From: Mobula birostris
Lineage: Eukaryota
NCBI RefSeq assembly: GCF_030028105.1
Contig: NC_092377.1
Span: 98,276,865 to 98,340,864, forward strand
Direction: 5' to 3'
DNA: 64,000 nucleotides
Part shown: positions 39,513 to 53,084 of the stretch, piece by piece
Position numbering within the stretch: the first letter of the stretch is position 1
Layout: each line of letters begins with the position of its first letter
The notes under the pieces: generated by a model
Told to the model about the DNA's origin: nothing
Database searches by the model: none
The model's input: only the letters and a program-made list of their open reading frames with translations
Position numbers and translations under genes: made by a program

Positions 39513-39549
39513 CTACTATCCACTATGTATCCACTATCCACTATTATTT

Positions 39550-39695
39550 TTTATGTGATTGTATGTTTACTGATATCCTATATGTGCCTTGTGCTGTGCT
39601 CTGCACCTTGGCTCTGGAGTCATGCTGTTTCATTTGGCTGTATTTATGGGTATTCATGTATGCTTGAATAATAGTTAAACTTGAACTTGATTGAA
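39550..39695 (+). mobile_element. Short LINE/SINE 3' tail ending (aacttg)n
   Basis: Highly similar to 44250-44395. Confidence 0.65.
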
Positions 39696-39959
39696 GTTGT
39701 CTATACCCATCATGAGCTTCCTCTTTTTCCTGTTCAAACCAACAATAACCCTTATTATCCAGGATTGCCTAATATTGCCATACTTGCTGTTCACCCTTAC
39801 TGAAACATGTTATCCCTAAGTCTTGTTAATTCTTTTATAAAAGACTACCATTTGTCAGAAGTTGTTTTACACGCAAGCATTTCCTCCCTGTCTGCTCTTG
39901 TCAGGTCCTCACTTGTGCTGTCAAAACCAGCTTTCTCCCAGTTCCAGGCCTTAACTTGT

Positions 39960-40600
39960 AAACACATGAGATTCTGCAAATGCTGGAAATCCAGAGCAAT
40001 ACACACAGAATGCTGGAGGTCAGGCAGCATTTACGGAGAAGAAGGGACAGTCGATGTTTAGGACCGAGACCTACATCAGGACTGAAAAGGAAGGGGGAGA
40101 AAGCCAGAATAAGAAGGTGGGGGGGGAGGAGAAGGAGTACAAGCTGGCAGGTGATAGGTCAAACCAGGTGAGGGGGAAGATGTATGGGTGGGTGGGAGAA
40201 GGGGATTAGATTATTAGATTCGATTAGATTATGAGGACATGCAGTCCTCTTTTATTGTCATTTAGTAATGCATGCATTAAGAAATGATACAATATTCATT
40301 AAAGGAAGAACCTGGGAGTTGATAGGTGGAAAGGAAAGGGCTGATCAGTGAGGAGAGTGGACCATGCCAGAAAGGGAAGGAGGAGGGTCATAGGAGGGAG
40401 ATGATGGGCAGGTGAGAAAAGAAGGGGTGGGAGGAGAGCCTGAATAGGGAATGTAAAGGAGAGGAGAGGGAGGGGGAAATTATCAGAAGTTAGAGAAATC
40501 AATATTCATGCCATTAGGTTGGAGGGTGCCCAGACAGAATATGAGATGTTGCCCCTCTAACCTGAGAGGGCTCATCTTGTCGTAGAGGAGGCCTTGGACC
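39960..40600 (-). mobile_element. Penelope-like element 3' end with pLTR and a degenerate hammerhead
   Basis: Minus strand reads QHLIFCLGTLQPNGMNIDF. Degenerate 'cagtcctgatgtaggtctcggtcctaaacatcgactg' at ~40048-40085. A short (aatct)n-tailed insert sits at ~40205-40298. Confidence 0.85.
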
Positions 40601-40821
40601 TTGTGAACCAGGCTTACTGCTTTCCATAGCTACCTTGAGACTTGGGAAATTATGGCCCCTCCAATGCGATGGATCTCTGTCTCTAACCATGTCTTTGCTG
40701 CTTTTTATTGTGCTTTCCTGTCTGTGCTTGCTACTCTTTCTCCTTCCCAGGCTATTTCTGCAGTTCTTCATGTGCCTCTCTTGTTTCTCTCTCCCTATTC
40801 CTGCTGCTCTTTCTACCTCAC

Positions 40822-41339
40822 TTCTGCTGAGGATATGCTATGAGTCTGTGGTGGCCAGTGCTATCATGTTTGCTGTTGTGTGCTGGGGCAGCAGGCTGAG
40901 GGTAGCAGACACCAACAGAATCAACAAACTCATTCGTAAGGCCAGTGATGTTGTGGGGATGGAACTGGACTCTCTCACGGTGGTGTCTGAAAAAAGGATG
41001 CTGTCCAAGTTGCATGCCATCTTGGACAATATCTCCCATCCACTACATAATGTACTGGGTGGGCACAGGAGTACACTCAGCCAGACACATTCCACCGAGA
41101 TGCAACACAGAACGTCATAGGAAGTCATTCCTGCCTGTGGCCATCAAACTTTACAACTCCTCCCTTGGAGGGTCAGACACCCTGAGCCAATAGGCTGGTC
41201 CTGGACTTTTTTCCTGGCATACTTTACATATTACTATTTAACTATTTATAGTTTTATTACTATTTATTATTTGTGGTGCAACTGTAACAAAAACCAATTT
41301 CCCCCGGGATCAATAAAGTATGACTATGACTATGACTAT
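40822..41339 (+). mobile_element. Young Rex1/Babar 3' end
   Basis: LLRICYESVVASAIMFAVVCWG...INKLIRKA...SHPLH, TERHRKSFLP and tail (tatgac)n. Confidence 0.9.
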
Positions 41340-42514
41340 TCCTCTCTCCCTTCTCTTACTGCCCTCTTTCTCTATCTTGAATTTCTGCATTCTCCTGGTT
41401 GCAGCTGCTTTTTCTCTTTCTCTCTCTTCCTGTCCTGTGTTCTCCTCTCTCAATCCTTTTTGTGTTTCTACCTGTTGTTCTCTTTTCCTGTGTTCAATGC
41501 CATTTTCCCTTTCCATGTCTGTCAATCACCCTGGCTCTGACCCTTTCATTTCTCTGTGTTTGCCGATGATGCTAATGGGAAGTGCTGAAGACATAAACCT
41601 AGAAGCATTTTGACCTGGCAGAGATCTGGAGACTCTGAAGACAGTCATACAATCTCACCCCTAGGAGACTGCAGTAACACTGTGGGAAGTGAGCTTCCTG
41701 ATCTCCCTCCTGCCACCTCTGGTTCTGAGACCTTAGGGCCAGAACCTAGGAACTGTTGGTTCTCAACAGTGCAGCCAGTCCTTCTTCCCCAGAGTGCGGT
41801 GACACTGGCTCCCTCTCAGCCTGAAAGATCTACACTGACATTAATATCCAGACAATAAACAGTTTCGCTGGATTGGGAGCCGAACACTACACATAGGACA
41901 CATGACACAGGGTTGCGAGCCTGGAGCTACTGGGTTCAAAGAACTGTTCCTTGCACAGTATGGATCTGGAGGGTAATTCAGGGTCAGAGCAAGATTGTGA
42001 AGAACTGGGGAAGTGAGAGATTGCCAGTGCAGAAAGGATGATCTCCGAATGTTTACATCCTGTGATAGTGTTCAGTTCTCTAAGTTCCACTGGGAAGCTG
42101 ACACATTCTCCACCTGCCCCCGGCTCTCCCCCTCTTGCTCTCACTCTTTCTTTTGCTCTCTTGCACTCTGGCACTCTCTCACTCGGTCACCATCTCTTTC
42201 TGTCACTCGAGCTTGCTCTCACCTCCAGTCTTTCTCGTTCTCCTCAACCACCACTCATAGAGGTTCCCTACTGTAGGCAACAGTTACCAGGAACAGCATC
42301 AGAATCAGCTTTGTTATCACCAAACTATGTTGTGAAATGTATTGTTTTGCAGATACAGTGCAGTGCAAGACATAAAAATCACTGAAAGTTACAAAATATT
42401 CTGCTGCTGCAGCAGGGTGGTGCCTGTGGAGAGGAAGGTGCGGGCCCAGGTGGCTACTGTGCCAACTGAGCCCAGGTGGCTACTGTACCAGCTGAGCTCA
42501 GATCAGCCCGAGAT

Positions 42515-43411
42515 CTTTCTTTTCAAATCTTTTTATTGTTATATTATACAAAAGAAATAACACAAGTACATCGAAGTAACAACACTTACAATGTCTCAAA
42601 GAAAAAAAAAATTATCTTAAAGACTGAAAAAAAATTTGTGATAATAAAAGAAAAACCCTACTAAGCAGAAAAAGCGAGTGGAAAAAAAACCATTAGGTGT
42701 ACAACCCCAGAGCCATGTGTCACACAAAAAGCTTCTAAAAATAAACATCAAACTGCCAGCGAGAAAGAAAAATATACCAAAAAATTTACAATTAGATCAT
42801 GGAGAAAATCTATCAATTAGCTCAAATGATAATAAAGAGCAAATGAGCCCCATCTTTTCTCAAAATCAAATAAAGGTTCAAAGGTTCGACTTCTAATTTT
42901 CTCCAAACTAAGCCATAGCATCACTTGAGAGAACCATTGTGACAAAGTGGGAGCTGATGTATCCTTCCACTTCAACAAAATGGCCCTCCTAGCTATCAAC
43001 GCAACAAATGCAATAACATGTTGGTCAGACACAGAAATACCATGAATATTTTGAGGAATTATTCCAAAAAGCACAGTTAATTTATTAGGTTGTAGATTAA
43101 TTTTAATTGCATTAGAATTTGTTGAAAAAACTGACTTCCAGAACTGTTCCAATATAGAATAAGACCAAAACATATGTGTCAGTGCAGCTATCTCAGTTTT
43201 ACATCTATCACAATAACTATCAACATTAGAAAATATTTTAGAAAGTCTCTCCTTTGTAAAATGGTAATGATGTACAATTTTAAATTGAATCAGTGAATGA
43301 CTAGCATAAATTGAAGAAGAGTTAACCAACTTCAAAATCCGCGTCCAATCCTCCATCATAAAAGTCAAATTGAGTTCTTTTTCCCAATCCTGTTTAATCT
43401 TAGATAAAGGA
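42515..43411 (-). mobile_element. L1-clade LINE 3' end (ORF2 C-terminal zinc-binding domain)
   Basis: WEKELN, IQFKIVH, CDRC...LTHMFW.Y. AATAAA plus an A-rich tail. 10 bp TSD agcccgagat (42505-42514) / agcccaagat (43412-43421). Confidence 0.92.
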
Positions 43412-43699
43412 AGCCCAAGATTCACTGGGGGTTATTTTATGGCAGCTTAGTACAGTCTCACTGATACAGGTTGGAGGTACATCTATATCCAAGCAGGGCT
43501 TATCTCCAACTACTCTCAATGATCAGAGCCCTTTGGATGAGCAGACTGTCCAGTGGAATGAAAGGCTTATCTCTTGCAGCATTCACTTTTAGTACTTCCT
43601 TCACAGACTGGCATACTTGGTAAGGAGGCAGCATGTTCAATCACATTAGCTTCTATGGGCCCAACCAAAGGTGTTACTGTCCTTTTAAAATGTACTTTA

Positions 43700-44396
43700 T
43701 GATTGCAAAACCCTACTGGACGTTAAGAACTTAAAGTACTGTGTGTCTACCCCATCAACGAGTTGCTCATTGGTGGAGAAACTGAAGGGTCTGGCCTTAG
43801 TGTGGATCGTGCTACCGCCCACATCAGAAGGGCGTTGGAGGAGTTGGTGCGCAAAGGCAGTGTGCAGTTTAACAACAACTGATCGTCTTAGTCATTTTTC
43901 TTGTGATCGCAACTCCCTGTTGGGCATTGTTAACGTGGAATCCTGCAAGTCCAATTCACTGATTTGTTGGTAGGAGGCAGGGATGGATGGCAAGGGAACT
44001 GTGTGGCCTTGGTCATAGCAAGGACTAGGCCTCAAGCCGCAGTGATTCCTGCTTACAGCCATCCAGGAGAGAGGCACTGGAGCCTGTGCACTCATCCAGA
44101 GGCGGGTGTGGCGTGGCATCCTAGCTGGAGCCAGTGCTGCCCCCAGTCTTCGCTCAGCAAAAGTCTAGCTGTGTTGTGTTCGACTGCGGACTGCTGCAAC
44201 ATTCATGGACTCAGGGTCTTGGACTATCTATTTTTTTTTGTTTAGTTTGTGTGACTGTATTTTGCTGATACCTTATATGTGTTATTTGTGCCTTGTGTAT
44301 GTGCGGTTGGTGGTACTGTGTTTTGCATCTTGGGTCTGAAGCTGTTTTATTTGGCTGTATTCATGTATGATTGAATGACAATTGAACTTGAACTTT
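43700..44396 (+). mobile_element. Non-coding GC-rich interspersed element with an (aacttg)n LINE-type tail
   Basis: 3' 150 bp matches 39550-39695. The body has no recognisable ORF and the 5' boundary is uncertain. Confidence 0.5.
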
Positions 44397-46499
44397 ATGT
44401 TGAGGAGACAGTACCACACACCTGTGTCTTAAAGGCATGCAATTCAGCGTAAGTATATCAAGCGGACACTGTGACTGTACATGCACTCAAATTCCATTCC
44501 CATGCCAATGGAATGGAGCAATAGATTATGATGCATGTGACATGCCATGTATGTCTGAGGTACCTGTATTATGAGAATCCTTCCTGTGACTGTGATATAA
44601 ATATCTGGTTGAGCCTTACAATTAGGGCATACTAATAATCTTGGCTCGTCGTTGGTGATTGAAAATTCTTGTCTCTAAGAGCACACCAAGCGGTGCTGCC
44701 ATTCCAGGGTCATTAGCTTCAGTATGAGCTCATCTCTCAGATATAAGTAACAGATGGTTCCTTCGAACGTATCCAAAAGTCAATATTTGAAGAAACAGGG
44801 CACTACAAGAGCTCTGATGCCTGTTGTGAGACATGCTTGACACTGAGATTTAATCTCTGTTCGTGAATGTTTCTGTGGGATCATTCTTCTTAGGAGCTTC
44901 CCACCTTTTGCAGATGATGCACCAGGTCCAGCCAACTGCCCGGTTAAGCTGCAGGAGGTTTTTGCAGAATGCCCCATTGCCCTCGTCTGCCTGTCCCACA
45001 GAGTTCTAGCTCACTGTGAGGGAAAAGCTCAGAGGGGCACTTCACACAAGAAGGAAGACCTTTGATAGTGAACTGCGGCTAGGCAGGAGGGGTAGGGGAC
45101 GTCCTAGAGAGGTTCTGTATAAGTTGAGCACAGTCAGTAGAGGGATCAGGTGAGCCCACATCGTCCAGCTTCTCAGACCAATCTACCTGAAGAAGCGCAG
45201 TATTAGATACAGGAACCCAAAAGTGCTGTTTTATTCTAATAATTCAAAGCTAATTTACTCGTTTTGTTTCTTCCTTCATTCTACGGTTAAGTCCGTGTTC
45301 CCTTTTGATGCATTTTTAAGTGCTGAGGTAATTTTGTAATGATCGATGGTTAACATTGTACAGTTTTACTGACAGTTAATTACTTAATTACAAGATATTC
45401 AAATACTACATGAGAACTGAGGAGGAGGAGGAGGAGGTAGAATAACTGTGTTGCTTTTCATTTCGTATCAAACGTCACATAACATCTAAATTATCTGTGG
45501 TGGGGGTGGGGGATGAGTTGAAAGTGTGATCTGGCTGTGATCTGCCGGTTGTAAAGGTTGTCAGGAAGAAACCCTCTCATTATATTTTGTACGATATTTG
45601 TAAGTGTATTCTTTGAGAATATGTTTGAAAATTTGGAGGAAATATGAAAGAAGAGTACAACGAAAGCATTCTTCCAGTTGTCAGGGCAAAGCAGCCAGAT
45701 ATTTTATCTCTCTACTATGTTCAGTCTTAAAATTTGATTTGAGTCAATGATATTTAATGTTACAATTATCCTCCCGTTAAAACAGTTGCATGCAGCTTCA
45801 AACCTCTGCAATCAGCATTTGCACAACTTGACTATTATACTTACACTTGGTACCCAGATTTTCTCGACAATTTGTTCCTTTCTTTCATCATCATCACCCT
45901 AAATCTATGGTTTAGTCTTTGTCTTCCATAAATATACTGTAGTTGCTCATCTTACTAAAATTTGTCCAAAGGCATAAATATAAATGTCTATTAGAAAAGT
46001 GTGGTCTGATGTTCTATCTGGCTATACCTTCCCATGAGATTGGAATTACCTACAGTTACTGTTTATTCCATATTTTTGAAATAAATTCACATAAAATTGC
46101 CTATTCTGAGTAATAAAAACCACAGATGGTTTTTGCAATTCACAGGTCTACCAGCACTTCAGCCAGTGGAAAGGTGAGCCGTACTGATGAGAACAGGTGC
46201 AGGCTCATCCTCCAGAATGGGTTGAATTGGTACATCCAAAGATAGGCATCAAGTTGATATGGGAAAAGTGAATTATCAATCCATTGCACAGCCCTGTTTG
46301 AAAATGCTATCATACAGAATTGGGTGTACTTAGAACTGTAGTTAGTTAACCTGTCACCATTCACTGTGAGAGTACTCACATGACTAATGACCACAGGTAT
46401 GAGCTAACAGGCAGCACTAATGTGACAACATCCGCTAAGGTCACCTCCAGGAGAGGAAAGGGTTACTGATAATAGGAAAATATATATTATGAATAATGG

Positions 46500-47392
46500 T
46501 AGGTTCCAACTTCAATACTGTAATTCCTAGCAATCTCATATATAGGACTTAATAACTCGCTTTGCAGCCGGATACCCTGACTTCCTGACCAACTGATTGC
46601 AATCAATAAGGACACACAGCAACACCTCCTCCACAATTCTCCTCAATACTGGTGCCCCACAAGACTGCGTCCTCAGCACCCTACTGTACACTCAAGACTG
46701 CGTGACCAGATTCTGCTCGAACTCCATCTGCAAGTTTTCAGGTGGTACCATAGTAGTGAGCCGTATCTCAAATAGCAGTCACTCAGAATACAGGAAGCAG
46801 ATAGAGAGCCTAGTGACATGATGTCACAACAACAACCTTTCACTCAATGTCAGAAAAACAAAAGAGCTGGTCATTGACTTCAGGAAGGGGTAGCTCTCAA
46901 GCTTCTGTTCACTTCAGTCGTGCTAAGGTCAACAGAGTTAAGAGGTTCCGCTTCCGAGGAGTGAATATCATCAGTACCTCGTCCTGGCCCGACCACATAG
47001 ATGCCATGTCCAAGGAAGCTTCCCAGCACCTCTACTTCCTGCAGACGCTAAAGAAATTTGGTATGTCCCCTTCAGCCCTCACCAATATTTATTGATGCAC
47101 CATAGAAAGCAACCTCTCCATAGACATCACAGCCTAGAGTGTATTGTAGCTGCTCTATCCATGACTGGAAGAAACTGGAGAGAGTTGTGGACACAGATCA
47201 GCACATCACAGAAACCAGCCTCCCTTTCATAAACTCTATCTAGGCTTCTCACTACCTTAGTAGAGCAGCCTACACAATCAAAGACCCCATGCACCTCTGA
47301 CATCCCCTCTTCTCCCCCCTCCCACTCCCATACAGGAGTATGAAATGTACCATTAGCTTGAAGGGCACCTTCTATCCCATCCTTATAAGACC
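46500..47392 (+). mobile_element. Degraded Rex1/Babar RT to 3' end
   Basis: LNTGAPQDCVLS, SICKF, KTKELVIDFR and HLYFLQTLKKFG. Confidence 0.85.
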
Positions 47393-47744
47393 TTCATCTG
47401 AGTAATTTCCACTCTTACAGCACATGTCTGGAGCCAGTTCAAATACACGGGATTTGTAGCTACTAAGCCCAGTAAACAATTTACAATTCCCAAGAGCAGT
47501 ACTGCTGGCGTAACAATCCTTTGATAAATCAAATGCATCTAACTGTTTAGAGAAAGTTCAGATGAAGTGTCTGAACCTGAAATTCCAGTGTCCACTTCCT
47601 TCACTTATTAAAAGCATCTTTTTTATATGTAAATAGTGACAAAATCTGCCTGTCATGTATAGAATGCAAGAAAATTACAGCACAGCAGGAGGCCATTCAG
47701 TCTATTGTGCTGATGTTGACTCTTTTAAGGAGCGTTTGTGCCCG

Positions 47745-47932
47745 TTCAGAATCAGGTTTATAATCATTGTCGCGTAATTTGTTGTTTTGCAGCAGCAGTA
47801 TATGCAGTACAAAATACTTCAAACGACAATGAGAAGCACACTATATATATTCAAATTCTGCATTAAATTAGTGCAAAAGGAGAGTGAAAATAGTGAGGTA
47901 GTGTTTGTAAGTTGGTTCACTGTCCATTTAGT
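47745..47932 (-). mobile_element. Rex1/Babar 3' tail
   Basis: 'tcagaatcaggtttataatca...' matches 11885-12090. Confidence 0.65.
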
Positions 47933-48989
47933 CTTATGTCCTTTCTATAGGCCTTAGTCCTGTAAATTTCTCTTCATCAAATATTGTCCTGCTCCTTTTT
48001 AAACATTATTTATGGAGGCAGCTTACGCCATCTTCTGGAGTCATCTTCCCTCTTGGGCTTTCAGAGGAGGACTCTCAAGTATGTCAGAGACTTTTGTTTT
48101 CCATTAGCCCTTTATTGTTGGATAAATTTGAGCAGGACCAAACCTTCAATGGTCTGTGCAATGAATACATTGTCTCAACGAGGTTAGGTACATCCTTGAA
48201 TAACAATAATGTGAAGTCTGGTGATAACAAAGGCAAAGGCAGTTTTCATTTTAGTCTCAAGTAATACACAAGATAAATTAGTCACTTTAAAGATGAAGTC
48301 TAGTTTTACTTGATTGTTGTCTATTTCTGCCATCTAAATTTAAGTCTTCAGACTAAAAGGAGTGAATTCCCATTCACAATGCCAAATAGTTCCGTTCACT
48401 TTCTGGGGTGGGGGGAGGATGAAATGTGAACTGAGTTGGAATGTCTTTCGGATTCCTTTGGAGCAGTGTATTGAATGGGTAGGTTATCATAGGCATTTGC
48501 TTACATTTCATTCTTATATGTCCGGACCTCAAATTTGGAGCTACTAAGCCCAGTGATTTACTCCTAAGGGCAGTGCCATTGGCGTAACATTTGTTACCAG
48601 GACAAATGCATGTCTCTGTTTCCCTCAAAAATTCAGATGTACATTGGTTGTATTGGTTATGAAGTTGGAGCTTTGAGAACACCACTAAATAGGGCTCCAT
48701 TGCACCCATAGCTTCAACATTATGGTCAGAATTTCTTATAAGAATTGCAGAGTCCATCAAATTAATCAGCATTGTGGCTCATATTGATCATGTGTAGTGG
48801 AAGTATACAGAATAGGTAGAATTGAAGGTAATCCTCAGCTAATGTTGAGGGACACTGTTTTTAAAAAATTAGACTGTGATAAATCTTTCCAATACCATGG
48901 TTAAGCATCCTGAAGGACCCAGTATTTATTAGCAGTGTGTGCACTCACCACCTTCACTTCATGCACGCACAAAAACTCTACTATGTTCT

Positions 48990-49078
48990 CTCTCTCACAC
49001 AAACATACATGCATGCATGCACTTGTGTGTGTGCACACACACACGCATACACACACACACACACACACACACACGCGC
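48990..49078. repeat. (CA)n microsatellite
   Basis: Seen directly. Confidence 0.9.
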
Positions 49079-49409
49079 AAAAAAACATGCATTATTTAGA
49101 CAAATTCTCATGAAAAAATTATCACGAATAAGGTTTACTAGAAATTATTTTGGGGTAATATTAGAGTTTAAGAAGTCACGAAGGGGGTCTTTGGCTTGTC
49201 ATATGGTTTAATGGGAATCCAGATCAGTTCCAGTCTAATGTGGATGAATTTGGTAGCTATAACACTAGTCCGTAGGCATCTGTGGAGAACAGGGTGTACT
49301 GCAGAACAGAGTCACATGATAGAAAGGGAAGAAGAAGAAAGAGGAGAGAGAGGATTGCTGTTTAAGAAGAGGCTCTCTCCTCAGTTGAATTTCCAGAAGC
49401 AATTTGACA

Positions 49410-50440
49410 TCAAGTGAACCATGGAACAGTGTTTTTGGAGACACTACTTATCCATGCTGCAGGACTGCTTCGATGACGTTGACTAGAATGTCTTCCATGA
49501 TGAGAATGTCTCTGAGTTCACTGATGGAGTTATGTGCTTCATGCGGAAGTGCATCGACAATGTTGTCCCCCAGAAGCCGGTTAGAGTCTTCCTGAACCAG
49601 AAACCCCAGATCAATAGTTCTGTGTGAGCAGCACTTACAGCGTGACATCAAGCTTACATCGCTGGAGATCAACTAGAGTTCAAGAAAACCAGCTATGATC
49701 TACGCAAAGCTATCAAAGCTGCAAAACAACAACATAGGGAGAAGATCGAGTCAAGATTCACAACATGACTTTTGGTGAGGGCTTCATATCATCGCAGACT
49801 TCAAAGCCAAATGCTGTGGTGCCTCCAACATCACGGCCTCTCTCCCAGATGAGCTCAATCGCTTTTACGCTCCGTTCAATGTCGCTAACTCTGAGTGTTC
49901 GAGGAAAGCCACCACTACAACCTGCAACCTGGTCATCTCTGAGGCTGAGGTACACAGATGTTTCCAACGAGTGGACAGTCGCAAGGCTGCGGGACCAGAC
50001 GGCATCCCAGGGTGAGTACTCAGGATGTGCACAGCACAACTGGCAGGTGTTTTTACTGACATTTTTAATCTCTCTCTCTCTCCCAGTGTAGAGTGCCCTC
50101 CTGCTTCAAATTATCCACAATTGTCCCTGTACCAGAAAAGACCAAGGTAACATGCCTGAATGACTGGCATCCTGTCACACTCAGCTCAATAATAAGCAAA
50201 TGCTTTGAGAGGCTGGTCAAGGACTACATCTACAGCTTGCTACCCCCCAAAATGGACCCCCTACAATTCGCCTACCGACATAACCGTTCGACAGATGACG
50301 CAATAGCCACTGCTCTACATACCGTCCTTACATGTCTGGAGAAGAAGGATCTCAGCATTCAACACCATAGTTCCATGCAGGCTTGACAAGAAGCTCTGAG
50401 ACCTCAGCCTTGACTCTGCCTTGTTCAGCTAGATCCTTGG
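49410..50440 (+). mobile_element. Rex1/Babar ORF fragment (linker and RT N-terminus)
   Basis: [39 protein letters not shown] and DPLQFAYR. Confidence 0.9.
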
Positions 50441-51039
50441 AGACGGCAGAGCACTGGATTACTTGATTGAACTCCAAACTGTAAGTCATAGCTCCAACAA
50501 TTTTCGAGACAAATTAAGATAAAAAGACGTAGGAAAAGTGAAATAATTGACTGGAAAAGGTCTTGATCAGAGACCTCACCCCTCTCCCCAGCAAAAAATT
50601 ATGGTAAATATACAGGATCTAGGTGATACCATGTCTCCTGTATCTCGTGAACACAAAGGTCTGGTGAGCCTGCTGTTTTTTTGAGCCGACATATCAGACT
50701 AGAGGACGTTACGTTGGGACAAGGCATATTTACAGAACCTCTAGTTCAACATAGATATGAAGTTCAAAGTAGATGATGCACAGAAAATAAGCTATGTTGT
50801 AGTAACTGTAGACTTTTTCTTTTATTTATTCATGTTTAGGTGTTGGCGCTTCACTGCAAAGGCAGCATTTACTACCCGTCACTTATTTTATTCAGAGTCA
50901 TCCCTGTTTTCCTCCTTCAGGATTCTTCCATTGGTGGAGATATAGCAACATCTATCCTGGAATAAAATCACTCCTCATTCTCTGAAACATGGAGAATAAA
51001 ACTGTACCTGTACTTATCCGTGCAGTGTCTGGTGATCAC

Positions 51040-51938
51040 CTGAGCTCGGACTCAGAGACGGACGTCAGAACATCTTTCAAGAGGATGAACCCTTCGATGT
51101 GTTAAGTCCTGATGGTGTACCTGGTAGGGCATTGAACGTCTGTGCCAACCAACTGGAGGAGTGTTCAAGGATATCTTGCATCTGCATTCAGAGGTTCCCA
51201 CCTGTTTCAAAAGGGTGTCAATTGTACTGGTGCCCAGGAAGACCAGGATGAGTTGCCTCAGTGACTATCAGCCAGTTGCACTCACATCTACTGTGATGAA
51301 ATGCTATGAGAGTTTGGTCATGGCCAGAATTAACTCCTACCTAGGTGAATCCATTGGATCCACTGCAATTTGCTAATCGCCACACTAGATCCACAATAGG
51401 TTTACAGTGTTGCAATTTCACAGGCTCTCCACTAGATGCTGGACCAATTGGACAACAGCAATACCTATGTCAGGCTGCTGTTTATTGATTAGAGCTCAGT
51501 TTTCAACACCATTATATCGTCAACAAGCTCCAAAACCTGGTCACTGTACCTCTGAAACCAAATCCTTGACTTCCTTATTAGGAGCCAGTGTGGATTGGAA
51601 ATAACATTTTCTCCTCACTGACAGTCAACACTGGCACACCTCAAGGATGCATGCTTAGCCCACTGCTCTACTCTGTCCGCGTCCACGATTGTGTGGCTAG
51701 GCACAGCTCAAATGCTATCTGTAAATTTGCCGATGACACAACTATTGTTGGCAGAAATTCAGATGGAGACAATGAGGCATACAGGAATGAGATAGATCAG
51801 CAAGTTGAGTGGTATTGCAACAATAACCTTGCACTCACCATCAGTGGGACCAAGGAATTGATTGTGGATTTCAGGAAGGGGAAGTCAATGAGGATGAGTG
51901 TCCTTAATGAAGGATGCTGCCTTTCTGATCCTGATTGA
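51040..51938 (+). mobile_element. Rex1/Babar RT fragment
   Basis: DYQPVALTSTVMKC, TGTPQGCMLSPLLYS, KFADDTT and TKELIVDFRK. Confidence 0.9.
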
Positions 51939-52089
51939 TTCACTACATGTGGCTAAATCTAAAATAATGTGTTCTCTGCTAAGTCCTGTGAAGTATTACT
52001 GCAAGCAAAAATTCCTGATAAACTGCACAAATTCTTTTGCAGTCTCCTTACCAGTTTGATTAGTCTAATCAGTGTACCGATTAAACCCA

Positions 52090-53060
52090 TCCATACTTAC
52101 AATTCACTTCTTATATGCCTTTGATATACCTCGATTTAGGCCTTGTTTTATTAACCAGCAACACATGGGAGGGGGGGCTGTGGCTATGAACAACTTCCGC
52201 ACATATCTTCTTTTCCCTAATATTCACTACTTCCATCCAAACTGATTCCACATCATTCTCCACTCCATCTGTATCACAACTCAGCACGGTGCTGACCCCA
52301 TCCTTGAGTAACAAAGCAACCCCACTTCCTTTCCACGTTTGCCTTCTCTGTAGAATATGAACTAACCTGGAATATTGACTTCAATGTCTTGGTCACCCTA
52401 TAATAACACCTCTGTAATAGCTGTTAGATCATACTCACAAGTTATATTTGTGGTGTCAGGTCATCCATCTTGTTACAAATGTTACATGCATTCAGGCAAA
52501 AGCTTTGACATGTTGCTCTTACATGTTACTCAAAGACTATTTCTTGCTTCACACCTTTGCGTATATTTTCTGCCCTTTCTTGTCAGGTTTTGATTTTCAT
52601 TTCCCTTCAATATCCTGTGCCACTAACACCCCCAACCCCTCCCCTAATTCCAGCTCTATTTACCCCACTGTTGTAATTTTCCATGACACTGGTCCTGGCA
52701 TGGTTAACATGAAGCTCCTTCCCCAGTAGAAGCGCCAATCACCAATGAATCAGAGCCCATTTATCCACACCAACAAGCCACAGAATTGCTTATTTATCTG
52801 CTACCACCTTCCACACTGCTAATGTAATAATTTATGGATTATCATTCCTGTGGTTCTGTTTTTCAGTTTTTCTCCAAGCTGCTCATAATCCCCCAGCAAA
52901 TACTCCTTCTCCATTTTCCCTACGTCATTAGTGCCTGCATGGATCATACCAACTGGGTCTTCCCCCATCCTATTTCTTCTCCAGCCCAGAAGAGATTACC
53001 TTATCCCTGGGATTAAGTGGGAAATACAGCCTTTGGAATCCCCTTGTGTTTGCTGCAGAG
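52090..53060 (-). mobile_element. Very old CR1 endonuclease/ORF1 region
   Basis: VESVWMEV and a degenerate 'gctattacagag' (AITE) motif. Confidence 0.55.
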
Positions 53061-53084
53061 AACAGTGTCTCTTCCTATAACGGT

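Noticed and set aside
40635-41613. Hydrophobic, membrane-protein-like ORFs
   Set aside because: Produced by CT-rich low-complexity DNA fused to a Rex1 fragment.
42444-42500. 26 bp tandem duplication beside the L1 insertion
   Set aside because: Only two copies, a commonplace local duplication.
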